Below, one piece after another: positions 27,062-36,420 of a DNA stretch of 64,000 nucleotides; the first letter of the stretch is position 1, and the number at the start of each line of letters is the position of its first letter. Under the pieces are notes generated by a model. The model searched no databases. It was not told where the DNA came from and saw nothing but the letters and a program-made list of their open reading frames with translations. A program made the position numbers and the translations under genes. Source of the DNA: Planctomycetota bacterium (lineage in GTDB: Bacteria > Planctomycetota > B15-G4 > SIAN01); NCBI GenBank assembly GCA_031409275.1, contig JANNXA010000055.1, positions 128,001 to 192,000 of the forward strand, given 5' to 3'.

Positions 27062-27942
27062 CGATCGCCCTCGTCGAGCGCGTTGGCGAGGCGAACGCCG
27101 AGATCCGCCGCGAGGCGCGCGGCCCCGTCGGCGGCGAAGCGCGCGTGCTCGAGTTCGTCGAGCAGCTGCGACCAGCGCCCCTGCTGAGCGAGCGGCCACG
27201 CGCCAGCGCCGCTCGCTGCGAGCAGCTCCGGCAGCGTCCAGGCGTAGTCGCAGCGCTCGCTGCGCGTCATGAACTCGACGCGCAGCAACGCTTCCACGCG
27301 CGCGCCCCACACCCGGCGCGCTTCGAAGTCGGACGGCAGTGGCTCACGCAGCAGCGCTCGATCGCGGCCGGCTTCCGACGGCTCCGGTCGCGGCGCGCCC
27401 TGCGTGTGATCGCCGCGCCGCCGGCGAACGCCGTACACCCACGCGCTCACGACGGCGAGGAGGATCGCTCCGATCACGATCCGCTGGCGCCCCTTCGTTG
27501 GAGTCGGAGGCTCCCGCTCCGGGCGCCGCCATTCGGCAAACGGCGGCGGCGCAAAGCCTTCCGCCCACGGCGACTGCACGTCGACCTGGAACACTTCGCT
27601 TTCGAGGCGTTGCTCCGCGCCGTCCGCCATTCGCAGCACGAACGCGAAAGGCCCCGGATCGAAGCGACCCGGCGCGCATGCCTGCAGTCGCCAGATCAGC
27701 CGCGCGGTCCGGTCGGTTGCGTCAGCCGGAGAACTTGCCTGATCGAGCAGAACGAAGGCGGGATCGAGGTCGAGGCGTCCGCCCAGGCGCAGCGCCGCGC
27801 CGATCTCCGCTTCCGTTTCGAAGGTCCACTCGAGCTTCGCGCCGAGCGCGACGAGCGGAGGGTCGACCACCACGCGCGCCGTTCCCACCGAGCTCGCTTG
27901 CGCGGCGAACGCCAACACGACGGCGACGGTCGCGCCGCTCAT
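27058..27942 (-). CDS. Exported/membrane protein of the Bat cluster (BatD/DUF4381-like)
   Basis: Signal peptide, beta-rich N-terminal domain, TM helix, ARFAA near the C-terminus; lies between DUF58 and the BatA-like gene. Confidence 0.6.
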   Translation of the reverse strand: MSGATVAVVLAFAAQASSVGTARVVVDPPLVALGAKLEWTFETEAEIGAALRLGGRLDLDPAFVLLDQASSPADATDRTARLIWRLQACAPGRFDPGPFAFVLRMADGAEQRLESEVFQVDVQSPWAEGFAPPPFAEWRRPEREPPTPTKGRQRIVIGAILLAVVSAWVYGVRRRRGDHTQGAPRPEPSEAGRDRALLREPLPSDFEARRVWGARVEALLRVEFMTRSERCDYAWTLPELLAASGAGAWPLAQQGRWSQLLDELEHARFAADGAARLAADLGVRLANALDEGDR

Positions 27943-28832
27943 CGCCGCCTCCGGATGGCGCGCCGGCGCGCCCACGCCAACACCGGCGCCAGCAGATCAC
28001 CGTCCGCGTCGAGTTCGACCCAGTCGGCGCCCAGCCGGCGCGCTCGCGCCGCCGCCGCCGCTCGCTCCGACTCGATCCGCTGCAGGAGAGCGGCGCGCAC
28101 GCGCGGGTTTCCCAGATCGACGACCCGCCGCGCGCCCCCTTCGGGGTCGTCGAAGCGCCAGCGACCGCTCGTCGGCAATCGCGCCACGAGCCCGGCTCGC
28201 AACGCCAGGAAGACGAGGTCGTGGCGCTTCGCGACGCGCGCCAGCGTGGCATCGCTCGCCGCGGCGTGCGCGTCGCTGACCACGAAGAGCAGGAGCGGGC
28301 GGCCACGAATGCGCATCACGCTGGCCAAGGTCGCATCGAGGTCGGTGGCGGGCGGAGCATCGTCGTACGCGAGCCACTGCGCCACCCACGCCAGCCACGC
28401 GGTCAATCCATGGCGCGGCGCGACCCATCGCAGCAGGTCGCCCGCGAAGATCCCGGCGCCGACCCGGTCGCCCGCCTGCGCCGCCGACCAGCCGATCACG
28501 GTCAGCAGCTCCGCCGCTGCAGCGCGCCACGGTCGCGTGCCGGCGGCCACCGCGGTGCTGCGCGATCCGTCGAGCAGCATCACGACCGACTGCTCGCGCT
28601 CCTCGTCGTATCGCTTCACCTGCAGACGGCCGCTGCGTGCCGTCACGTTCCAATCGATCGTGCGCGCATCGTCGCCGACGACATAGTCGCGCACCTCGGC
28701 GAACTCGACCCCGGCGCCGCGCACGGCGCTCGTCCATGCCCCGCCGAGTCCAGCGCGCACGGCTTCACGCGCACGCAGCTCCAGCGCGCGCACGGCGGCG
28801 ACCACGCGCGGATCGGGGGACGGCAGCGCCAT
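27939..28832 (-). CDS. DUF58 domain protein
   Basis: GVEFAEVRDYVVGDDARTIDWNVTAR, VKRYDEERE. Confidence 0.92.
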   Translation of the reverse strand: MALPSPDPRVVAAVRALELRAREAVRAGLGGAWTSAVRGAGVEFAEVRDYVVGDDARTIDWNVTARSGRLQVKRYDEEREQSVVMLLDGSRSTAVAAGTRPWRAAAAELLTVIGWSAAQAGDRVGAGIFAGDLLRWVAPRHGLTAWLAWVAQWLAYDDAPPATDLDATLASVMRIRGRPLLLFVVSDAHAAASDATLARVAKRHDLVFLALRAGLVARLPTSGRWRFDDPEGGARRVVDLGNPRVRAALLQRIESERAAAAARARRLGADWVELDADGDLLAPVLAWARRRAIRRRR

Positions 28833-28844
28833 GGCCAACTCGGC

Positions 28845-29813
28845 TCAGGGCGCCGGCACGGTGCGCAACAGGTCGGCGAGCAGCTCGTCGACCGTGCGAC
28901 CCGCCGCTTCCGCCTCGAAGCTGAGCAACAGGCGATGGCGAAGCACGTCGGGCGCGAGTTCCTTGACGTCGCTTGGCGCCACGAACGCGCGACCGCGCAG
29001 CAACGCCAGCGCCTTCGCCGCCACCAACAGCGCCAGCGAGGCGCGCGGTGAGGCGCCCAGCCGCAATTCGCGGCGCGTCGGCTCGCGCGTCGCGGCGACG
29101 ATGCGCAGGACGTAGTCGTGGATCTCCGGCGCCGCGTGGATGCGATCGAGGAGCGCGCGCGCCGACAGCAGTTCCGCGCGCGTCGCCACCGCCTGCAGCG
29201 GGCGCGTCGCCGCGCCCCGTCCATGACGGCGCAGGATCTCCTCCTCTTCGCTGCGCTGCGGGTAGCCGAGCCGGACCTGGAACAGGAAGCGGTCGAGTTC
29301 CGCCTCCGGCAGCGGATAGGTCCCTTCGTGCTCGAGCGGGTTCTGCGTGGCGAACACGACGAACGGCACCGGCAGCGGCAGCGACTGCTCGCCGATGGTC
29401 ACTTGCCGCTCCTGCATCGCTTCGAGCAGAGCGCTCTGCACCTTGGGCGGCGCGCGGTTGATCTCGTCGGCGAGGACGAGCTCCGCGAAGAGCGGTCCGC
29501 GCCGCACGGTGAAGTCGCCGCTGCCCGGTCGGAACAGCTGCGTGCCGATGACGTCGGCCGGCAGCAGGTCGGGAGTGAACTGGATGCGCTTGAAGGCGAG
29601 TCCGCTGGCCTGCGCCAACGCCGCGACCGCGAGGCTCTTGCCGAGACCGGGGACTCCCTCGATCAGCGCGTGACCGTCGGCGAGCAGCGCGACGAGCAGT
29701 CGGCGCACGAGCAGCTGCTGCCCGACCAGCACCGTCCCCACTTCCGCCTCGATGTGGGCGAAGAGCTCTCCGGCGATCTCGATCTCGTGTTGCGCTGCGC
29801 TCTCTGCCGCCAC
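28845..29813 (-). CDS. MoxR family AAA+ ATPase
   Basis: LIEGVPGLGKS, RIQFTPDLLPAD, LADEINRAPPKVQSALLEAM, ATQNP, LPEAELDRF. Confidence 0.96.
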   Translation of the reverse strand: MAAESAAQHEIEIAGELFAHIEAEVGTVLVGQQLLVRRLLVALLADGHALIEGVPGLGKSLAVAALAQASGLAFKRIQFTPDLLPADVIGTQLFRPGSGDFTVRRGPLFAELVLADEINRAPPKVQSALLEAMQERQVTIGEQSLPLPVPFVVFATQNPLEHEGTYPLPEAELDRFLFQVRLGYPQRSEEEEILRRHGRGAATRPLQAVATRAELLSARALLDRIHAAPEIHDYVLRIVAATREPTRRELRLGASPRASLALLVAAKALALLRGRAFVAPSDVKELAPDVLRHRLLLSFEAEAAGRTVDELLADLLRTVPAP

Positions 29814-29817
29814 TCGT

Positions 29818-32736
29818 TCAGTGTCCGTTTCCAGCCCCGCCACCCGCGGCCTGAACCGACGTCGCCTCGCGCCAGCGCGCGGCGAGCGCCGCAATCACCG
29901 CAGGCTCGGCCTCGGTCGCCAGGCTGCCGAGCGAACGGCCGTGGATGGCTTCGAGCAGTTCGAGCGCGCTGCGTCGAACGAACCAGCGCGGATCCTCGAT
30001 GGCCGCGACGAACAAGCGCTGGAACGCCGCGTCGCGGTAGTCGCTGCCCGCAGGAACCACTGCCCCCGCCTCCTTCAACGCTGACAGGAAGTGGTCGAGG
30101 TGGCTCGCGCTCGGAGCGGCTTCATGCAGGGAACGAAACTTCCACGTCTCGGTTCCCGGATCGTGGCAGAAAAGGTAGGTCAGCAGCGTCTGCGCACGTC
30201 GGTGGGAGCGCTCCTCCTCGAGGTCGGCGAGCAGGACCGGAACGGCATCCATCTCGCCGAGGTCCGCGAGTCCATAGGCGGCTTCTCGCGCCAGGGCGCC
30301 CTGCTCTTCGGTGAGCAGTCGGCGCAATCGAGCGACCGCCAACGATCGCGGCAGCGCCTTGATCCCGGCCAGCGCCAGGCGGCCGATCGCTGCCGTGGTG
30401 CCGACCTCGCGCGCGATCCCTTCGAGCGCGGCCGCCGCCGCTTCGTCGCCACGCTTGGTGAGTCCTTCGAGCGCTGCCGCTGCCAGCGAGGTGTCGTCGC
30501 CGCGCACGGTCGCCACCAGCATCGCCAACGCGTCGTCGCGATGGGAGAGGCCGAGCCACCGCAGCGCTTCGGCACGGACCGCCATCGGCGCCGACTGCGC
30601 CTGCTCGAGCAGCAGTGCAACGCCCGCCTCGCCCCCTTGGCGCGCCAAGAGCGACAACGCCTTGCTGCGTACGCGCTCCTCGGCATCCGTGCGCGCGACG
30701 GCAACGAGCCGCTCGTCGTCGAAGCGAACCCCGTCGCGCTCGGCGATCGTCAACGCCGCAAGGCGCACGAGCGGTCGCGGGTCGTCGAGCGAACGCTCGA
30801 TCCGATTCATCCGCGTCACGGCGCTCACGATCAGGTCGAGCGCGGCGCCACCGCGAGGCGCGATCGCATCGACGACGCGATCGAACGCGTCGTCGCGATT
30901 CGTGGAGATCAGCAGTTCGATCACCTTCTGCGTCCGCGCGTCACCGAACGGGAGCTTGGCGAGCAATGCGGCCAGGCTGTCGATCTGCGTCGCACGGACG
31001 CTGCCACCGAGATCATCGATGCGCGCGAGCACGACGAAGGCCTGCCGCGCCGCCACCGGATCGTCCGAGGCCATCTGGGCCAGTGCCAGGTCGAGCAGTC
31101 GCGAGCGCCGCGCCGCCGCGTCCTCGTGCGTCGAGAACCACGCCTGCTCCTCCGCGAAGCGCGACGGGAAGGTGCCATCGAGCGGCAGCAGCAGCTGCCA
31201 GAGCGACGGCTCGACGGCGCGCCGAATCAGTCGTTCGAACTCGATGCCGCGCGCCTCTTCGGCCCGCAGCGCGACGACTCGCTCCTTGCCGCGCGACGTC
31301 AGTCGGAGCATTCGGTCGCCCGCGGCGGCAGGTTGCAGCTGGCGCGGCAGCTCCGCGTCGAGCAGGCCGGCGTCCTGCAGATGCGAGAGCAGGTCCCGCA
31401 TCGGTTCGGCCCCGAGGTAGATCGCGCCGGGACGCTGGCCCGACGCGATCGCGGTGCGCTGGTGCTCACCGCACACGATGACGTCGGTCTGCAGTTGCCC
31501 GGTCGCGTCCGCGCTCTGCACGGTCACGACCGCATCCTGCGCATCTTCATCGAGGACGAGCATTTGCAGCTCGCGACGCCCCTCGAAGCGCGCGGTCGGA
31601 TGGGCCGCGAACCACTCGCGCCAAGCCGGCACGCTCGGCCCGAGCCGCTCGCCCGTCAGCACCTCGAGGCAGGTGACGGCGGTCTTGAAGCAGAGTTCGA
31701 AGTCACCGAAGAAGCGGCCATTCACCACGACGTCGACGAGCGCCGGGACCACCTGTTCCTGCGTCACCGGGCCGTACGACTCGCTGCGGTAGCCGATCGT
31801 GCCGCAAACGACGCACGCCGTGGCCTGCAACAACGGGTCGCTCGTGCGCACCATCGGCAGGAATCGATCGAACAGCGCTTCCGGAAGCAGAGCGGTCGCG
31901 GTGCGCTGCTCATGTAGCACCAGCGCGAGCGCCGCGTGGAGGTTGCGCCGCTCCCGTTCACCGCCGGCGAGCCGAGCGAGCTCGGCCACGACCGCGGGGT
32001 CGTCCTCCCACGACAGGAGCTTCGTCGCCTCGATCGCCAACGAGGGATCGCGATCGCCGAGGAAGCGCTCGAGCGCCAGCGCCGGCAGCGTCGGCTCCTT
32101 CATGTCGCGCAGCAGTTCGAAGAGATCGAGGCGCACACCTTCCGAACGCGTCGCCACCAGCTTGCGCATCAGCTCCGCGCGCACCTCCGGAGTCGCATGC
32201 AGACGCAGCAGCGCCGTCGCCGCGCCGCGCAAGGGCGCCTGCTCGGAGTCGAGGAAACGCAGCGCCAACGCGCCGCCGCGCGCTTCGTCGAGTTCGAACA
32301 GGGAGGCGAGCAGCGGTGCGAAGCGCGTCCGTTGACGCGGGTCGGCGAAGAGCTTCTCGATCTGGGGGAACGACTCGCCGTCCGCCAGCAGGCAGAGCCC
32401 GCGCGCCGCAGCCGTCCGCTCGAGGACGGTGCCGTCCTTCAACCGCGCCCGCAGGAGCGGGACGAGCTCCGGGCCGCGCGCCACCAGGGCGCGCAGCGCC
32501 CGCTCGCCCGACTCGCCGGGCCACGTCGTGATGAGGGGCAACGCCTTGGCGAGCGCCTGCTCCGACGTGACGACCACAGGCTCTTTCGAGTCGCGGTCAC
32601 GCGGCTTGTCGCCGTGGTCGAATTCGGGGCGATCGCGATCCTGCTTGCCCGCGCCGCCGCCACTCTGTGCCGCAGCGGGCGACGATAAAACGACAAGAGC
32701 GGCGAGCACCGCCGGCAGTTTCCACATGAACGTCAT
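29818..32736 (-). CDS. Large exported HEAT-repeat protein
   Basis: Signal peptide (AAA-Q); multiple HEAT-like repeats (DDPRPLVRLAAL, EDPRWFVRRSAL, AREAAYGLADLG). Confidence 0.8.
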   Translation of the reverse strand: MTFMWKLPAVLAALVVLSSPAAAQSGGGAGKQDRDRPEFDHGDKPRDRDSKEPVVVTSEQALAKALPLITTWPGESGERALRALVARGPELVPLLRARLKDGTVLERTAAARGLCLLADGESFPQIEKLFADPRQRTRFAPLLASLFELDEARGGALALRFLDSEQAPLRGAATALLRLHATPEVRAELMRKLVATRSEGVRLDLFELLRDMKEPTLPALALERFLGDRDPSLAIEATKLLSWEDDPAVVAELARLAGGERERRNLHAALALVLHEQRTATALLPEALFDRFLPMVRTSDPLLQATACVVCGTIGYRSESYGPVTQEQVVPALVDVVVNGRFFGDFELCFKTAVTCLEVLTGERLGPSVPAWREWFAAHPTARFEGRRELQMLVLDEDAQDAVVTVQSADATGQLQTDVIVCGEHQRTAIASGQRPGAIYLGAEPMRDLLSHLQDAGLLDAELPRQLQPAAAGDRMLRLTSRGKERVVALRAEEARGIEFERLIRRAVEPSLWQLLLPLDGTFPSRFAEEQAWFSTHEDAAARRSRLLDLALAQMASDDPVAARQAFVVLARIDDLGGSVRATQIDSLAALLAKLPFGDARTQKVIELLISTNRDDAFDRVVDAIAPRGGAALDLIVSAVTRMNRIERSLDDPRPLVRLAALTIAERDGVRFDDERLVAVARTDAEERVRSKALSLLARQGGEAGVALLLEQAQSAPMAVRAEALRWLGLSHRDDALAMLVATVRGDDTSLAAAALEGLTKRGDEAAAAALEGIAREVGTTAAIGRLALAGIKALPRSLAVARLRRLLTEEQGALAREAAYGLADLGEMDAVPVLLADLEEERSHRRAQTLLTYLFCHDPGTETWKFRSLHEAAPSASHLDHFLSALKEAGAVVPAGSDYRDAAFQRLFVAAIEDPRWFVRRSALELLEAIHGRSLGSLATEAEPAVIAALAARWREATSVQAAGGGAGNGH

Positions 32737-32765
32737 CGCCTCCGCGGACAGGAAGGGCGACGGAA

Positions 32766-34838
32766 CTACCAGATGGCTTCCACGCTGGCAACTGCAGTGG
32801 CACCGAAAGGCATGCCCAGCATGGACTTGCGCGCTCCGGCGAGGAGCGCTCGACGAGCTCCTTCCACCAGCTCGGGATCGAGCAGCGCCTCCGGGTAGAG
32901 ACCCGCGAGGATGCCGTGCTGACGGGTGCCGAGGAGCTCGCCGGGCCCACGCAGTCGCAGGTCGAGCTCCGCGAGGGCGAAGCCGTCGGTGAGGCGCCCG
33001 AATTCGGTGAGCCGCTCGATCGCCGCTTCACTCGGATCCTGACACACGAGCAGGCAGCTCGCGCGGCCGCCGCGCCGCCCGACTCGGCCTCGGATCTGAT
33101 GGAGCTGAGAGAGGCCGAAGCGGTCGGCGTCGAGCACCACCACCATCGTCGCGTCGGGAACGTCGATCCCGACTTCGATCACGACGGTGGCGACGAGGAT
33201 GCGCGCGCGGCCGGCGGCGAAGTCGTCGAGACGCTGCTGCTTCTGCTCCGGATCGAGGCGTCCGTGCAGCAGCGCCACCGGCGCCGCCGGCCCCACCTCG
33301 CGCGCGACCCACGGCGCGACCCGTTCGGCGGCAGCGCGGCCGTTCGGTTTGCCCGACGCCGCGCTCGCAGCGGCGATGGCGGGACAGACCACGAAGACCT
33401 TGCCGCCGGCGGCCAGTTCCGCGCGCAGCCGTTCGCCGAGCGTGCGACGCTGCTCGCCCGCGAGCAGCTCCGACACCACGCGAATCGGCCCGAACGGACG
33501 TTGCCGCAAGATCGAGCCGTCGAGATGGCCGAGCAGCGTCTGCGCGAGAGTCCGTGGAATCGGTGTCGCCGAGACCAGCAGCAGGTCCGGTGTCGTTCCT
33601 TTCGCCACGAGACGGCCGCGCTGCCGAACGCCGAACTTGTGCTGCTCGTCGATCACGACCGCGGCGAGGTCGCGAAACTGCAGCGGCTGCGAGAAGAGGC
33701 GGTGGGTCCCGACGACCCAGGGCGCGGCCACTGGTCGCCGCCGCGTCGACGGCGGCCCACCCGCGACTCGCAACTCGGGCGGCGGCAGTTGCAGCTTGGT
33801 GGCCAGTCGGCTGAGCGTGCCGTGGTGCTGGCGCGCGAGCAGTTCGGTCGGCGCGAGCAGCGCTCCCTGGCGTCCGAGCCGCGCGGCGACCCACAGTGGG
33901 AAGAGCGCGACACGCGTCTTGCCCGATCCCACTTCGCCCGAAAGCAGGCGCGCCATCGCCTGCGGCTTGGCGTAGTCCTCGACCAGTTCGTCGAGGGCGC
34001 GCAACTGATCCGCCGTGCACGCTTCCGGCCATGCGGCGAGGTACTCCTCGAGCCAGGCGCCCGCCTGCACCGCGACGTCGAGCCCGCCATGCAACGGCCG
34101 CCGCGGCCGCGACGAACGACTGGCCGCGAGCCGCTCCTGGATCGCCAACGCCTCCTCGAACGCCAGGTAGCGGCGGGCGGCCGCGGCCTGCGCATCGTCG
34201 CACGGAAAATGGAGCGCCTTGAAGAGCGCGCCGAACGTGGTCGGCAGCCCGGGCAGCAACTCGGCATGGAGCGGCAGCGGTTGGCACAGCTCCGGCAACT
34301 CTCGCTCGAGCAGGTCACGCAGGCAGCGCCGGTGCAACCGCGGTGCGACCTCGTCGGGAAGCTCGTAATGCGGCTGGTAGGTGGCGGCGGCCGTCGCCGG
34401 CGTCGCTAGTTCTTCGGAATGGAGCCACGAACGCACGACCCAACTCGGCGGATCGCGACTCCCGTCGAACCCGCCGCGCAACAGCAACTCCTCGTGGCGC
34501 GCGAACGAACCCGCCAGCCAACGCGGTCCAAACAGGACGCAGGCAAGTTCGCCGCTGGCGTCGGCGACGGTCAACCGGGTCGCGACGATCCCGCGGCGGC
34601 CGCTCGCCTGCTTGCGGACCAGCCGCACGCGAATCGTCGCCTCGCCGATCGGCGGCAGCGCCACCACCAGCGTCGGTGCCGCGAACCGAACGTGGCGACG
34701 CGGCGGCCAGCGCAGGAGGTCGGCCAACGTCGTGACGCCGCACGCCGCCCACGCCGCGATGCGTCGCGGCCCGAGGCCGCGCACGCCATCGAGCGGTGCA
34801 GAGAGGGACGTCGGTGGAGGCGGACGCGAGGGGCTCAC
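32766..34838 (-). CDS. recG: ATP-dependent DNA helicase RecG
   Basis: GEVGSGKT, APTELLARQH, IDEQHKFGVRQR, SATPIPRTL, QIRGRVGR, DGFALAELDLRLRGPGE; start uncertain. Confidence 0.94.
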   Translation of the reverse strand: MSPSRPPPPTSLSAPLDGVRGLGPRRIAAWAACGVTTLADLLRWPPRRHVRFAAPTLVVALPPIGEATIRVRLVRKQASGRRGIVATRLTVADASGELACVLFGPRWLAGSFARHEELLLRGGFDGSRDPPSWVVRSWLHSEELATPATAAATYQPHYELPDEVAPRLHRRCLRDLLERELPELCQPLPLHAELLPGLPTTFGALFKALHFPCDDAQAAAARRYLAFEEALAIQERLAASRSSRPRRPLHGGLDVAVQAGAWLEEYLAAWPEACTADQLRALDELVEDYAKPQAMARLLSGEVGSGKTRVALFPLWVAARLGRQGALLAPTELLARQHHGTLSRLATKLQLPPPELRVAGGPPSTRRRPVAAPWVVGTHRLFSQPLQFRDLAAVVIDEQHKFGVRQRGRLVAKGTTPDLLLVSATPIPRTLAQTLLGHLDGSILRQRPFGPIRVVSELLAGEQRRTLGERLRAELAAGGKVFVVCPAIAAASAASGKPNGRAAAERVAPWVAREVGPAAPVALLHGRLDPEQKQQRLDDFAAGRARILVATVVIEVGIDVPDATMVVVLDADRFGLSQLHQIRGRVGRRGGRASCLLVCQDPSEAAIERLTEFGRLTDGFALAELDLRLRGPGELLGTRQHGILAGLYPEALLDPELVEGARRALLAGARKSMLGMPFGATAVASVEAIW

Positions 34839-34924
34839 GGTCGTCCACCTATAATCCGCGCCCCTCCACTCCGCGCCTTCGTCCTGACGTTCCGCGCCTC
34901 GAGAAGCTCGCGAAGGAGCCTCCG

Positions 34925-36244
34925 ATGAAGTCGCTGCTGCTGCTCGTCGTTTCTCTTTGCTGGTACTCCGCACCGTCGGCCGGTGAGGACGAGGCGGCAC
35001 GCACTCGCCTGAAAGTCGCGTCGGAAGAGAAGGACACCGCGCTGCTGGCCCTCGAAGGGGCGTACCTGCGCGTCGAGAACGCCTTCACGGCGTGGCGCGC
35101 AGCGGAGGGGCAGCGCGAGCCGTCGCTGGCGAGCGCCATCGCCACGAAGTACGGCGAGCGGCTCGCGGCTTGGGAGGCGCAGCGTGCCCAAGCGCCGAAG
35201 GACGCGCGCGAGGCGAAGGCGTCGCGGCGCGCCGAGATCGACGACCTCGCGGCGGCGCTGCGCGAATTGCTGCAGTCGCGGGGGCTCGCCGAAACGACGC
35301 TCGCGGCCCCCCTCGCGGACCGCGCAGCGCGCGAGCTTGCTGGCAAGCCGGCGCTCGACGCCGCGGTCCGACTGCAGCCGGTGATGCAGCAGTGGCTCGG
35401 CGCATCGCAGCGTTTCGAGCTCCTGTGGAACGACGCGCTGTGCAGCCAATCGCCAGAGGCGCTCGATTGGCGCGCGAAGTACGACGAGTACATCGCCGCT
35501 GGCGTCGAACTCGATCGCGCGGAGCATCCCGAGTCCTACTTGCCCGGCGGCGCGAAGACGCGGACGGGCATGGTCTACATCGCGGGTGGCAACTACGCGG
35601 TCGGCCCCAACACCGGCATCGAGCGCAAGAAGAAGCGGATCACCGTGCGCCCCTTCATGCTCGATCGCTGCGAAGTCTCGAATGCCGACTACGTGACCTT
35701 CGTCGAATCGCTCCCCGCCGAGCAGCGGGCGGCGCGGACGCCCCGCCATTGGGTGGCGGGAGCGGACGGCAAGGCGGCTCCGGCACCGGAACTGCTCGAC
35801 CATCCAGTGACCTTCGTCACGTGGCGGGACGCCGACGCGTACGCGCGCTCCGTCGGCAAGCGCCTCCCCACCGAAGATGAATGGGAGGTCGCGTGCCGCG
35901 GCAAGGAGGCGCTGCTCTATCCGTGGGGCCCGGCGTGGGTCGAGGGGTGCAGCAACGATGCCCTGGCGAACGTCGGGACCACCGTTGGCGTCACCCGCTA
36001 CGAAGCGGGCGCGTCGCCGTTCAAGGCGCTGCAGATGGTCGGCAACGTCGAAGAGTGGACCGCATCAAGCGAGGATGGCGACACCTTGGTCGACCTGCCC
36101 TCGAACATCGTCGCAGTCGTGGTTCGCGGCGGCCATTTCCGCAGCCCGACCGAGTATGCGAGCGGTCTCTTCCGCTGGGTCGCACCCGGCGGTTCGACCC
36201 GCGAGCCGCACCTCGGCTTTCGCTGCGCGGCAGACCTCAAGTGA
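34925..36244 (+). CDS. Exported protein with C-terminal FGE/SUMF1-like domain
   Basis: Signal peptide; EVSNADY, HPVTFVTW, GKRLPTEDEWE, YPWG, MVGNVEEW, RGG, LGFRCA; lacks the catalytic Cys pair of true FGE. Confidence 0.88.
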   Translation: MKSLLLLVVSLCWYSAPSAGEDEAARTRLKVASEEKDTALLALEGAYLRVENAFTAWRAAEGQREPSLASAIATKYGERLAAWEAQRAQAPKDAREAKASRRAEIDDLAAALRELLQSRGLAETTLAAPLADRAARELAGKPALDAAVRLQPVMQQWLGASQRFELLWNDALCSQSPEALDWRAKYDEYIAAGVELDRAEHPESYLPGGAKTRTGMVYIAGGNYAVGPNTGIERKKKRITVRPFMLDRCEVSNADYVTFVESLPAEQRAARTPRHWVAGADGKAAPAPELLDHPVTFVTWRDADAYARSVGKRLPTEDEWEVACRGKEALLYPWGPAWVEGCSNDALANVGTTVGVTRYEAGASPFKALQMVGNVEEWTASSEDGDTLVDLPSNIVAVVVRGGHFRSPTEYASGLFRWVAPGGSTREPHLGFRCAADLK

Positions 36245-36420
36245 GCGACGCGCTCGATCGCCGTTTGCGCCCCACGGCGGGCGTCGCTCGTTTGATCGGC
36301 GAGGCGCTGTTCGACCTGCTGCTCCTGGTGCCGAGAGTGCTGCTGGCGATGCTGTTCTGCACGAGCCGCCAACGCTCGATTGCTGACCTCGTGCGCGCGA
36401 AAGGACCTCATGCCCCGTAA
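36241..36420 (+). CDS. Possible 59-aa small membrane protein
   Basis: GTG overlaps the upstream stop (GTGA) and its own stop overlaps the next start; hydrophobic core LIGEALFDLLLLVPRVLLAMLFC. Confidence 0.45.
   Translation: MSDALDRRLRPTAGVARLIGEALFDLLLLVPRVLLAMLFCTSRQRSIADLVRAKGPHAP

Noticed and set aside
34925..36244. Formylglycine-generating enzyme or DGR target gene
   Set aside because: Catalytic Cys residues are absent, and no reverse transcriptase or template repeat is visible.
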